This document shows, one piece after another, positions 12,561 to 28,221 of a stretch of DNA of 64,000 nt. The position numbers were made by a program, and so were the translations under genes. Source of the DNA: the human T2T-CHM13v2.0 reference genome, Homo sapiens. How positions within the stretch are numbered: position 1 is the stretch's first letter; each line of letters starts with the position of its first letter. Where the stretch lies: the NCBI RefSeq assembly GCF_009914755.1, contig NC_060934.1; one strand, 5' to 3'. The notes beneath the pieces were generated by a model. It saw only the letters and a program-made list of their open reading frames with translations. It was not told where the DNA came from and searched no databases.

Positions 12561-15290
12561 AGGTTTTCAAACTCCAAGCAGACTGTCTTAAATTGAATTT
12601 CTTTTTTGTGCTGAGTACCATATTAGACTGGAAGGAAGAGTGATAAAACCCCTGTTTTGGCAAACTCTGATTACTTTGTGTTCCAAGGGATGTTAATGAT
12701 ACATTTGGAAAAACAGCATGTAGTATTTAAAGAATAAAAATCTCTAAACTCTCAATTCTTTTAAACAAGCAGGCTACAGAATGCTACACTTAATTTTGAA
12801 GAACATTCAGTGTCATCCTGTGTCATGAAAATAAAATAATACCAAACTTGCATATTGAAAGAAACAGAAGTCTTTCAGATATTGGCAATAAATATTCATA
12901 TGAGCCTGTGACACACACATAGTAATTGCATTGTTTTAAGGTAATCTGGGAAGTAGTAAATAGCCAATTTATGCTTTAATTTCAAGTTGATATATTTCTT
13001 CTCTTTAGTGTCCTATGGATACTAAAGAATCTCATAAAAGCAGTATCTCAGTTCCACTTTCTAAGATTGAGGACACTAAAAAACAACTTTTCTGTTGTTT
13101 ATAAGGCTTTAGTTTAATTTTTCTTAAACTGTAGAATAAAGAAATGCTTTAGTCTTATTTTAGATAGAATTATTGTATTGTTATTTTTTAGCTTTGCATC
13201 CTTTTCAGCTATCTTCATGGATTTTTAGTTTTTCTGGGGAGAGGGATGGTGGTGAATTATTTTCCTAGGATAGTTTCAAAGGATTTTTTCCAGTAGTAAT
13301 TTGAGATGCTTTATCTTCTCTTTATTCTACGTGAACCTATTTGTTCACAGAAGAATTGAATGAAGCCTTATTTTTATTTTTGTGTAATTTTTTTCTACTA
13401 TTCTGTGTTTTTCAAATTTTTTTATATTAAAAAGTAGTTTCTGGGTCTTTGTTCCGTAGAAAACTCCCAAAGTTTCAGGACAAAAATGTAGATTAGTAGC
13501 AGTTAAACTCTTAATGATGTTGTTATTATTCTTAAGTATTTTCTGCATTTTGAGTGATTAACACATCCAGTGAAATGTGTTTTGTGATAGTCTGTCTTCT
13601 ACCAAAATTGACTTAAATGAAAAATTCCCAAGAATTACTTATATGCCTTATACTAAAAAAACTGAGGCTTTCCTTTAAATGCTTCTTTGAAGTGTAAGTT
13701 TGCTATTGCTGGGTTTCTTAAGGTTATATTCCTCTATGGAAGTATTGAAGGAAACTTGTATGATCATGCCTTGTAAGTCAGTAGGACAGCTGTTTCTGTT
13801 CCTAGTCGATGAAAGGCATTTTTCTCAAAATATTGAATATATGATGTAGAAGATCACAAAATGTAGAAAGGGAATTCTTTAGTACAATTCTCTGATTTAT
13901 GAAGACAAAATATTATCACTCATTTTATGATTAAAGCACATGTGGCTTAGAGATGGTGATTGCTTAAGCCTTACAGCTGTAGATGATGGTTGACTTTATT
14001 GTCAAGCTGGATTTTAAGCAATATATGCATCATTGTTATAATCAGGCAGTACTGTTGACTGGAAGAAAGCTTTCTCTTCTAGATTTCTCCTTGCAAATGA
14101 AAGAACATTGCCTGCTTTTGAATATAGCATGATTCTTTGTCATTTCTTCAGTAAGGACAGTTTTCTAGATACTAATCTAATCAAAGAGGCTTGATGGTAT
14201 GCTTTGACAGAGTGTATTTCCAGGTCCCATTTTTAGTGTGATTGTATAGTGCTGATGAAATATAAACATGCATTTTTTGTTAGATTGTTTTTTTGTTTTG
14301 GTTTCCTACATTTTAAAACACAGTCAGTGGTACCATAATTAACAGCATTACCCATAATATCAAACCTATTTTTTTGAAGTTGCTCCTAACTTTTATATTA
14401 TTATTAATATACTCAGCTCCTCCCCATAGATGCAGGTGTTATACATCTATGGTACCACTCGTTTTTCCCCCAACAGTTATTTACTGAATGTTTATTTCAT
14501 GCCTGACTCTTAAAATGATTACCTTTGGAAGTCAGATGAGTTAGGAAATTGCTGATATTTTCTGTACTTTTAAAGGTTTTTTAGAATATTGCTCTGTAAT
14601 AGAATTTGTTGTTAACAAATGAAGTAGTCTAGATAATTAGTTGTTTACCTTAATGTGTTTTTTAACTTCGAGAATATGTTTAAGAGCAATTATTTTAACC
14701 TTCAAAATTCTCTGTAGTTTCTAGTGTTGCTGCCTTACCTAAGAAATATTATTTTACAAACAATATTTAACTTTAGAATGTATAAGATGCTTCTTAATTT
14801 CTGCTGCTACCAGGTGAACTAGTTATTTTAAATTCTTAACATTTTATAAAGGTAATATATGTATATAGTTTAAAAAGTCAATTAATACTAAATAGCTTAT
14901 AAAGGAAAATAACATCCCCATGCCCCACCTCTCTCCATCCAATTTCTGCTTCTTAGAGACTACCACTTCCGATAATTTCACAGCTTCTTCTGTTGTTTGC
15001 TTTCATATTTCTAAATGAGAAGCGTTTCTTGCTATAGAAGATGAGAATTTGACTGTCATACTCTTTGACTAACAGCAGATTAATATGCCAGAAATGAAGA
15101 TTTTTAAAAAGTACATGAGAGCAAATATTCTCCAAAGGAATGATGTTTCCAAATGAGATACTTTGTAGTACTGTTTATTATTAATCACCTACAGAAAAAC
15201 ATTGATATTTTACTCTCATCTCTGAGTACTTTATGGTAAATTATTGCCTCAGTTTCATGATGAGGTTTATTAGTTAAAAAAAATAAGCTT

Positions 15291-15909
<619 letters not shown>

Positions 15910-16005
15910 CTATTTTCTTCTAGCAGTTTATAATATTAGGTTTTACATTTAGATTTAAAATTCATTTAGAGTTAATTTTTGTAGAGGGTGTGAAGTAAAG
16001 GTTGA

Positions 16006-16043
<38 letters not shown>

Positions 16044-16337
16044 AAATGGACATCCAGTTGTTCCAGTATCATTTGTTGAAAAGACTATACTTTATTCATT
16101 AAATGGCCTTGGCACCTTTGTGAAAATCAGTTGACCACAGACTTGTGAGCCTTATTTCTGGATTTTCTGTTCTGATCCTTTGATCTAAATATTCATCCTT
16201 ATTCTAATGCCACACTGTCTTAATTATTATAGTTTTTCAAAAAGTTATGAAATCAGGTAATGAATGTATTCCGACTTGGTTCTTCTTTTTCAAAAGTTCC
16301 TTTGGCTATTCTAGGTCTTTTGCATTTTTATTTTAAT

Positions 16338-16657
<320 letters not shown>

Positions 16658-17434
16658 TAGAATCAGTTTGTCAGTTTCTACAACAGAGCCTGCTGGAATT
16701 TTTATTGGGATTGCACTGGATCTATAAATTAATTTGGGGAAACCCAACATGTATTAACTATTGAATCTTCTAATTCATTAACATGAATTAATAGACATGG
16801 TATGTCTATTACTTAGATATTTTCAAATTTCAGCAGTATTTTTTAGGTTTTCAGAGTATGGGTCATACACATACTTTATTAAATTTTTCCTTAAGTATTC
16901 TTTGATGCTATTTTAAATAGCAATTAAATTTGGCATTTTGGTTTTGTGAACTGACTTCGCTAAACTTAATTGTTCTAATAGTCTGTATATTCCTTAGGAT
17001 TTTCTAAATAGACAGTAATGTTGTTTGCAAGTAAAGACATTTTTATTTCTTCCATTTCCTTCTGTGTATTTCCTTTTCTTGTTTTATTTCACTGGCTAGA
17101 ACCTCTAGTACAGTGCTGGATAGAAGTGATGAGAGTGGACATTCTTGCCCTGTTCCTGATCTTATGAAAAAATGCATTCTTTGACCATTGAGTGTGACTA
17201 TAGTTTTTCTTAGATGCCTTTTAGGTTGAGTAAATTCCCTTCTTCCCTTATTTGCTAAGAGTTTTTATCATGAATGGATGGTAAATTTTATTTAAATGCT
17301 TTTTCTACATCTATTTAGGTGATACTGTCATTTTCTTTTTTATTCTGTTAATATGGAGGATTACATTGATGGATTTTTGAGTCTTAAACCTGCATTCCTG
17401 AAATAAATCCTACTTATTCATGTTGTATTTTGTA

Positions 17435-18320
17435 CTGTTGCAGTACTGATACTAACAACACAGAGCTAAAACAAACTTCACAGGTTTGAGGATTTAGTCC
17501 CCAACATGTCTGCCCTCGCTACAGATGCCAGCCATAAGTTCAGGAGTCCTCAGGCCACTCTCACATCTGACCAACTGGCTGCAAATTCAGAGGTTCCTAC
17601 AGCCCCTTCAGGTTTGATAATTTGCTGGAACTACTTATAACTCAGGAAAGTGCTACACTTTGTCTGTGTTTAGAGACAGAGTCTCAACTGTCACCCGGAG
17701 TAGAGTGCAGTGGTGAGATCAAAGCCCACTGCAACCTCAATCTCCTGGGCTCAAGGCAGTCCTTCTGCCTCAGCCTCTCAAGTAGCTAGGAGTACAGGCA
17801 TGCGCTACAATGTCCAGCTGTTATGCTTATAATTGCAAGTTTTATTATAAATGATACAGATCAGGACCAGCCAAATGCCCAGACACAGAGAGAGAGGTCT
17901 GGGAGGAACCTGGACACAGAGCCTCTGTGCTTTTTCCATGGAATCAGGATGCATTACTCTCCTGGCACATTTATGTGTTTACCAACCATGAAACTCACCC
18001 AAGTTTCAGGTTCCAGAGTTTTTATTGGGATATTATTACATAAGCATGATTGATTGAATCATTGGTTATATGGTTGTCAATTCCCAGTACTTCTCTCCCC
18101 TGTGTTGGGCCACAATCAGTGACTCAAAGCCCCAACCCTCTAATCACATGGTTGGTCTTTCTGATGTGACCATCCCCTATCCTGAGTTATCTCTCCTTGG
18201 CATAAACTCAGGTGTAGTCCGAAGACCCACTATGAATAATGAAGACACACCTAATTACTCAGAAAATTTCAAGGTTTTAGAAGCTCTGTCCCAGGAACTA
18301 GGGTACTTTCTGTATATTAT
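17435..18320. mobile_element. MER21-like LTR with an internal Alu monomer (~17670-17820, minus)
   Basis: CAGATGCCAGCCATAAGTTC...CTGACCAACTGGCTGCAAATTC...GGTTTGATAATTTGCT...ACTCAGGAAAG recalled as MER21. Confidence 0.65.
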
Positions 18321-18983
18321 TGGGTTCAATTTGGCAAAATTTTGTTAGAATTTTTGTGTCTGTGTTCATGAGAGATGTTAGTCTTTGTTTTGTTTGTTTT
18401 CTATGTAATTTGTCAGGGTTTGGTATCAGGCTAATACTGGTCTCATAAAATGATTTGGAAAATGTTCCCTCTCTCTTTATTTTTTCAAAGATTTTATGTA
18501 GGATTGGTTTTATTTATTCCTTAAATGCCTGGTAAAATTTGCCAATGAAGAACTTTCAGGCCTGGAGTTTTCTTTGTGGGAAGGTTTTTTAAAAATTATT
18601 ATTTTAATCTCTTTAATAGATGAAAGGCAATTCAGAGTTTCTGTTTCTTCTTGAGTCAGTTTTGATCATTTGTATCTTTCAAGAAATTTGTTCATATCAT
18701 CTAAGTTATCAAATTTAGATGATGTGGACAATTATTGGCATAAAGTTGTTAATAATATTCTCTTATCCTTTTAATGTATGATGTATGTAGAATCTGTAAT
18801 GATGTACACTCTTGATACTGTTTTTGTATTGTAATTTTTGTATTTTATTCTTCATCAGCCTTAGAGGTAGTTTATCAATGTGTTGATTTTTTAAAGTCAG
18901 CTTTCAATTTTACTGATATTCACTATTTCTCATTTTCTATGTCTTTCATTCCTGTCCTTGGTTTTTATTATATTTCTCTACTT

Positions 18984-19177
18984 CAGTTTCTCAACGTTAG
19001 CAGTCTTGACATTTGGGGTCAGATAATTCTGTTTTGTGCATCATAGGATGTTTAGCAGCATCCCTAGCATCTCCTCACAAAATGCCAGTAGCCTCCTCCT
19101 GATTGTGATAACCAGAAGATCTCCAGACATTGTCAGATGTGTTGGTGGGCAAAATTGCTTACAGTTGAGAACCGTTG
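18984..19177 (-). mobile_element. MER20
   Basis: Reverse orientation of the element at 4206: AGGATGTTTAGCAGCATCCCT...ATGCCAGTAGC...CTCCAGACATTG...GTTGAGAACC. Confidence 0.8.
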
Positions 19178-21669
19178 CTCAACTTCTTTCAGTTTAGTTT
19201 GTTCCTTTTTCTACTTTCTTAAGGTGGAATCTTGGATCATTGATTTTGGACACTACCCTCCCAACAGAAGGATTTAAAGCTAAACAGTTGTGTTTAAGCA
19301 CTGCTTTAGCTACATTCAACAACTTTTGATATGTTGTGTCATTAAGTTCAGAATATTTTCTAATTTCTCTGCAATTTGTTCTTTGAGCTGTGATTTATGT
19401 TCCAAATATTGGGATTTTTCTAATTAGCTTACTGTTGCTGATTTCTAATTAAATTTCATTGTGATTGGAGAACTTACTCTGTATGATTTCAGTACTTTTA
19501 GATTTGTTAAAAATCATCCTTTACAAAGCACATTTGTTTGAGATGTAGTATGCCAAAAGATTTGTCAAGGACTTACATTAGGGTGTTTGCTATATTTGAA
19601 GTAAGAATTGATTTTTAAAGAATTCAGTTTGTATGCTATTAAAAAATTTTTTCCTGTTTACCAAAGTAAAATGTACATACAAAAAAAGCATACAAATCCT
19701 GTGTACAGCTCAATGAATTTTTACAAAAGCAAAGAAATATTACAAATCTTAGAAGCCCCCTCCTGACTTTTCCAGTCACTGTCACCCCCTCCCCAAGGTA
19801 ACTGCAATTCCAACTTTTTTTTTTAATTCCAACTTTTTATGCCATAATTTAGTTTTGCCAGTTTTGAACTTTATGTGAATGGAGTTATGTAGTGTGTACT
19901 TTTTGTGTGTGTTTGGCTTTTTTCATTCAACATTATGTTGAAATTGTGTAGATTAATCCATGTTATTGCACAATAGTTGTAGTTAGTTTATTCTCATTGC
20001 TGTGTAATATTACATTGTATGAATATTTCACAATTTATCCATTCTACTATTGATGAATGCTTCCAGTTTGGGGCCAGTATGAATAGTTCTATACAAGCAT
20101 TCTTTTGTATGTCCTTTGGTGAACATGTAAACATATATTGGCTTGGTATATGCCTGTAAGTGGAAATACTTAGTCATAAAGTATACATATATCCAGCTTT
20201 GATATGTAAGTTTTAAGGAAAAAGGTTATTGATTATAGTTATTGTTGTGCATCCTGTTTAGATACTTGATGTTCGTGGGCTTAGTTATTGTGGTGGTAAT
20301 TGTTTTGTCATTGTTAAGAAAGAAGCAATACATTTCTTATGAGGCATTTTTTCTAAAAGTTTATAGTATTCAAATTTTACTGTTTTTAATGGTTTTTAAA
20401 AATGAGATGTACTTTTCGATGGAAACAAATGCAGAAAACTACCGTCTTAAAAGAAGAATAATAATAAATAGAAGTTTTACTGTTCCACTAATCCCAGTAT
20501 ATTTTCAATCTCAACCCCTTTGGTATATCCTTGAAAGATACCTGCTCTACTATAGCTAAAATTTTCTGGTTTTTTTGCCCTCTACATGTATGTGTAAGAA
20601 TTGTAAGCTTTAGGATACCAGTTAGTTAGAATTTAGCTTTGTAGAATATGCTCTTTTCATTGTGTGGAGGGCAACATCTGTGAGGCACTTTAGGATTAGA
20701 AAGTAAGTTAAATGAAAATGTTAACAAAGTAGGGATTGGCTCATTAATTCTGCAAAATTAGAGGTCTTTTCTTTTGCTAGAAGAGAGTATTGAAATTCTG
20801 GAGTGGGGATTTTTATTTTCTTTCCACAGTGGTACTACTCTTGAGCCAAACTGTACCATTTCGTATAGTTTCATTTCTATGGTTCATTTCTTTGACTGCC
20901 ACCAAACTACACCCTAAATAATCACAAGTTTATGTATTGGAGCTATGTTGTAGTCAATGAAAAGTCACATATCTGGTTAAGGTAGTCACATTTCATAGAT
21001 AATGACTCCCATTCAAATAGGGAATACATTAGGATGCCTCTCTTAAAGGGATGCTGTTTGCGAAAAAGATTACCTGTGATTCAATGATAAAATGATAGAA
21101 ATGTCTTTGTCATTGGAAGTTGTTAAGCGTTCAGGGTAAGGGTGTTTGAAAGGAAGACACAATTCATTAGTGTTTGCTCTCAGAGGTGCATTTTATTGGG
21201 AGAAGAAAAGTGGGCTAACTAGATGGGTTATTCAGAACATCTCAGCCTTACACAGGGAATTTATCATAATTGAATATTTCAATGGAACATTATTGGAAGG
21301 GCTTGGTTGGACACATACCTCAGAGAAGCAAAGGGGTTGTTTCTGAATGTGCTAGTGTGTGATACATTTAATTACTTGTTTATCGCCTGTACTGTTTGGA
21401 TTACTTTCTCTGTGTACGTATAATTAGGCATCTCTCTCTGTAATATACTCCTAAACCTTGTACTGTCCTCACAGCTGACTAAATGATAAAGTAGCTTCAG
21501 TCACCTATCTTTTCTTTCAGTTTCTCTTTCCATCATTATGGTTGTTGTTTGCTTATTTCCAGGCTAATTCAAAGTGTTATTGAGAACCTATCAATTTGTT
21601 GTCCCATGTAGTATAGTTAATAACGTTTTGGGTAACATAATTTTAGTCTTTTAAAAAAGTAATAAAAAT

Positions 21670-21892
21670 ACTAACAGTAGCTAGCATCTATTAAATACTT
21701 ATTAGGAGCTAGATGTTTTTACATCTGTTTCTCTAATTCTCACAGTAACCTGGCCAAGGCATGTGTAATACTCCAGTTTTACAGATGAGGAAACTGTAAA
21801 CCAGCGAGGTTAAATAATTTGTCTCAAAGTTACACAGCCTGTGTGAGTGACAGAGTTAATATTTAGATTCATGACTTTTTTCTCTAACACCA
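21670..21892 (-). mobile_element. MIR
   Basis: TTTTACAGATGAGGAAACTG...GAGGTTAAATAATTTGTC. Confidence 0.75.
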
Positions 21893-22690
21893 TGGGTCTT
21901 TATGATCTTTTTGTGTTGTTTGCTGGTTTTGCTTTGGACTTCACAACTCGACTTGTTTGCTTATCTTATCCCTTCCACTTGGAATGGCATCTCCTTAACA
22001 GTTTCAGACTCTACTAGTAGCAAATGTACCTATTATTTAAGCCTTAGACCAAATGCCACCCTTCTAAAGCTTTTCTTACAGTGCCATTTGGAAGTAAACT
22101 GTCTCTTTTGAGCTCCCACAATACTTTGTACCTTTCTTTGTATATTTATTTTGCCTTCAGTTATAATTATTGCTAAACATATCTTAATTTACCCAATGGA
22201 GACTGTCTTTGATTTCCTGTAGTGTAAGACAGCCTTGAACACTGAAGGTACTCAGTATTTGTTGACTTGACATTACAGGTAAAAACCGATCAAAATAGGA
22301 GTAAACACTATTGATGCTTTTGTAAAAAAAATTGGAAGAACATGGCAACATGGTAATGATTTGTATATTTATGATCATTTTTGCTTCTCGTTATTTGAAA
22401 ATCTTGCTAAATTTTGCTGGTGGTATAATTAAATGTGGCATGCATTTCCTGGTTTGGTGAAAAGGTTCATAATCTTAGCTATCATTTTCTTTAAAAAAAG
22501 ATAATAAAGAAATGTCTGTTTGGCAGGCAGGAAGAACCTGCTGTTTTAATTTTGTTCACAGCAGTGGGTCAGATTATGATCTTTTGGAGCTAGCTTTGAT
22601 AATAGACTCAATATAATATTGGAATTCAACAATTGGTTATTGTTGAGTATATTATCTCTTGCACTGATGGCTGTCAGTGGGATTGCCAGA

Positions 22691-22733
22691 CTGTTTAGAA
22701 TAAGTTTATGGCTGTTTAGAATAAGTTTATGGC
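22691..22733. repeat. Perfect 21-bp tandem duplication
   Basis: CTGTTTAGAATAAGTTTATGG x2. Confidence 0.95.
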
Positions 22734-23574
22734 AAATAGTCTCTAAATACAATGTTTCCATTTATTACTTACTGTAGTATTTTATATGTGCATTGTCTTT
22801 TTGTTTTGTTTTTAGTTTTCTTCTCAGAGAGAGGCAATTAAACCAAAACTTGCTCACCAGTGGGGGTGGGGAATCTTACTATTGATTATTTATTCAAATT
22901 TTGAATTATATTTTTTCTTCTAAACGTCTTTAAATAGGCCTTTTCCCTCTTCTAACTTGACTGATTAACATTTAATTCAAACAAAGATTAACAAAATTTT
23001 AAACACTTTTATGGTGATAAAGGCACACTGTGGTTATAATTTATTGAATTTTGAGCTCCGAGTCTCTGTTAAACTAGGATTTCTGACTGTGCTTTTATAG
23101 TTTCTTCTATCTGAATTCTTGAAACATCATAAGACTCTATTTACTTCCCTCAAAGGAGAAGTCCTTTTGTTAAGATAATATTTTTAAATGAATATCAGTC
23201 TTTTTCATTTCATGTCTCTTGGACTTGATGAAATTACTCATGAAGCAAAAGGTGGATAGGAGACAGTAACTCAAAGAAGTCTTTTGGCCCTTAAGCTAAG
23301 ACAGTGGGTAAAAGTTACACAAATTATGAGACCAGCAAAAGCACTCTTAATTTTAAGGTTTGAGAATCTGATTATTAAATATCCATTGAAATAATCAGAT
23401 TAAAGCCATAAATATTCTTTAAGCATTTGACATTAACCAGAATCTACAAAATGATTAAAGTTTTAGTTCTAGTGACAGGAATTTAAATTCTCCTTCATAA
23501 AATTCCTGTTGTTGTTAATGTTAAGTTATTGCAAAAGTAACACATGTTAATTCTAGGGAACTAGTATAACAATT

Positions 23575-23960
23575 CTAATAGTAGCTAACTTTAGAGTTCA
23601 TTATATTTTGCTATTTAGCATAAACCTGTTAGTCCTTATAACAATCATATGAGGCAAATACTGTTATTTTTCCTATTTCATAGATGAGGAAACCGAGCAC
23701 AGAGAAATGAAGGGACTTTACTGAGGCCATACAGTATTTGGACTCAGGCAGTTTGGCCTTAGAGTCTGTGCCCTTAACCTCTGTTCAGTATTGCTTCTCA
23801 CTGAGTGGTTAAGATTTGGGGATTGTTAAGATAGACCTGGATTGAAATCATGGCTGCCACTTTATACTCTTGGGAGAGGAGTATATTTCTTGACTTCTCT
23901 GAGCTTCAGTATTCTTGATTATAAAACAAAGGTTGTTTTAGGGATAAAATAAGATATATT
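23575..23960. mobile_element. Two adjacent MIR fragments in opposite orientation
   Basis: ATTTCATAGATGAGGAAACCGAG (minus), then ACTTCTCTGAGCTTCAGT...GGATAAAATAAGATA (plus). Confidence 0.6.
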
Positions 23961-24695
23961 AACTGCTTATCCCACTGTTCCCCAGATGCTGTGCTTGTTC
24001 AATAGAAGGTATCATTTAAAACAAATAATGAGAAACAAAAGGAAAAAAGTCACCAAAACTAAACAATAACCATTGCTAACATTTCGAGTTATCCAGTCTT
24101 GTAAAACACGTTTCTTGATTTTATTAATATATTTTTTCTTTATATTAATTTTCTTTCATGTATAACTTTTTCTTGTTTTTGTTTCACAAAATAAGGTGGG
24201 AAGACTTGGATTTGCCTGTATCACTAAGCAGTAACGCAAGCCTTTTTCAGCTTCTATGCTAGCCAAAACTTTTTTTTCTCTGTTTAGAAGTGGGTAGATG
24301 GAGATAGAGGAGGACATGGAAGTACACCCACTTTTTTTTTTCCTTTTTAAATAAAAACAGGATTATGTTTAAAATTTCTTATATAACATCTGCAGATCAA
24401 CAAAATCTAGGATGCTAGAAGTAGGGAGAACATGTGCTAGTATTACTTTTATTAAAATAACAATGAAACTCCAGTTTCAGACTGTTAAGAGTTGTTAACT
24501 GAAAATACTATATTTGTATAAACAATCCTAATGAATGTAGACTATTTCCTCTCGATGAGTGAGCTTGTAGAAGTCTGACCATGTGTTGCATTGTTAAATA
24601 AATTCACTAGGTGTAGCATAGCAGTAACTAATCTGTCTTTCTATAGCTTTAGCAACAAAGCATGGCTAATGCTTTTTTTTTTTTTTGTCTTTTAG

Positions 24696-24725
24696 ATCTA
24701 CACACAATGAGCTGGAAAAGAATCG
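24696..24725 (+). CDS. MXI1: MXI1 exon 3, a 30-nt microexon: (R)STHNELEKN(R), basic DNA-binding region
   Basis: T14 tract + TTTAG acceptor; donor CG|GTGAGT; encodes the bHLH basic motif HNELEK; not in the ORF track, found by reading. Confidence 0.96.
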
Positions 24726-25099
24726 GTGAGTCAGTGATGAGGTACAGCTTTCACTTACGTTTAAAAGCAAACTCACCATTTTACCTGTGAAAATAATGTA
24801 ATAGTGCATATGTAGTTGTAATTTTATTTTTCAGATGTATAGCCCATTGTGAATCTGATATATATGTATTTTCTCCAAAAAATGATTTAATAGTAAGCTT
24901 ATAGCAGCTAGAAGACATAAATACATTTTTAAAGCTTACTCGAATTTGAGTTTTAGGTATAGCCTTTATTTCTGTCTCTGAAAATGAGTTAATTGTTACA
25001 AGCTCATGGTTTAAATGTAGTTTTGCTAAAGGGTAGGATTTCTAAAGAGTAGGTAATAAGCATTACAAATTGGAGGGCATTGAATTTTTCTTCCTTTGT

Positions 25100-25800
25100 A
25101 ATTTGTTCATTCATTCATTCATTTATTCATGCATTCAACAACTATTTATCAAACATGAGCTGTATGTCAGTGCCAGGCAGGCAGAATGCTTTATATAGGA
25201 AATACAAGAATATATATGATAGTTTTTGTCCTTAAGGAATTCAGAACTTTGTAAGGGAAAGACAGGTAATTAAAGTACTATATAATGTGGTAAGTATGGT
25301 AATGGAGAAGCAGAAGGTACTAGAGGGTACTGAAAGATATTTTAGAAGGTCACCTGATACCTTTTTGAAGGGAGTCTTGGAAAGTTCTGCAGAGGATGGT
25401 GAGTGAGCAGTGTATACTGAGGAAACTGCAAAAGGTTCAGTGTGACTATAAAAGATTGTAACATGAGTAAAGCATGCCAGGTGTTGAAGAGTCTTGTCTA
25501 CCATGCCCAAGAGTTTAGACTTCCTGAGACCCATAGGGAGCAGTTAAATAATTTTAAAGTGGATTATCATATGATCAGCCTGTGTCTTGGAAATATCGTT
25601 TTGGCTACAGCTTGAAGAATTGGTTGGTTGGGAGAAGGGATACCAGAGGCATGAAGGTGCTTTTGAAGGCTATTGCAGTAATCTAGGTAAGAGATGATGG
25701 TGGCCACTGAGATAGAAGTAGACAAAGTAAAGAGTATGGAATGGAGTCAATAGAAATTGGTGATTAGTTAGCTATGGATAGTTGAGTCTTAGATGATATT
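25100..25800 (-). mobile_element. L2 fragment
   Basis: (TTCA)n L2 3' end at 25105-25140, then GGCTATTGCAGTAATCTAGGTAAGAGATGATGGTGG. Confidence 0.7.
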
Positions 25801-25897
25801 ACTGTTAATCAAGAAAAGAAATAGAAGAAGAAGACAAATTTGGAAGAGAACATAAGAATTGTAAGAGTAAAATACTTTCTTTTTGGTGTAGAGATTA

Positions 25898-26201
<304 letters not shown>

Positions 26202-26971
26202 ATGAGAGAGATTAGATTAATAACAAACTGAAATCATATGTACCAGCTGTTTTTGACAAATAAGATCTCATGACCTTCAACTTTTTGTCCTCCCTTTAAC
26301 AAAAAATATATTGGCTAGCCCAACTGCCTCATTGCAAGTAAGTTTAAATGTCAAATCCCCTTGAAAAGGCTTAGCATAGTTTTTCAGGCAGACTCAGTGG
26401 CTTTTACTACTTTGCACAGTGCTGTGTTCTTGTCTCTTATTGTAAGGCTGAATAGGTAGCATTGTAATTATTTCTGCCAAATGACTATGCCCCAAATGCA
26501 AAGATACTGTTTTGTTCAATTTTGTATCCTCAGTGCCTAGCATTTGAGGCATGTATAGGAGACAATGGCTCTAGTATTGAGTGAAGGATAAAACTAGAAC
26601 TCAAAGTTGAGTGGTCTAGTCAAAGACATTTTGGTAGTTAGTGGTAGAAACTCCTTCGTTTTAAAGAATCTTTTCTGCCTTTTATTTCTGATTTATTAAA
26701 GATCTGGATGGATAAAGGAAGGACATATCTGGCTATTTTAAACATAACAAAAAAGACTAAGAAATGAAACTTCTGAGGATCCTAAAAATAAAACCTTAAA
26801 TTGAAGTTTACTCTAAATTAGATCATAGAGTATGTTTTGGGCCCATGGATTAAATATTGATAAACATGTGGCTTTTATAGTTATTTCATTTGAATGTGGT
26901 CCTTGGGAGACCTTCATTGGAAACCTGGTGAAAACCATTAACACTGGACTAGGGACTCTCTTTAGTAACTA

Positions 26972-28221
<1,250 letters not shown>

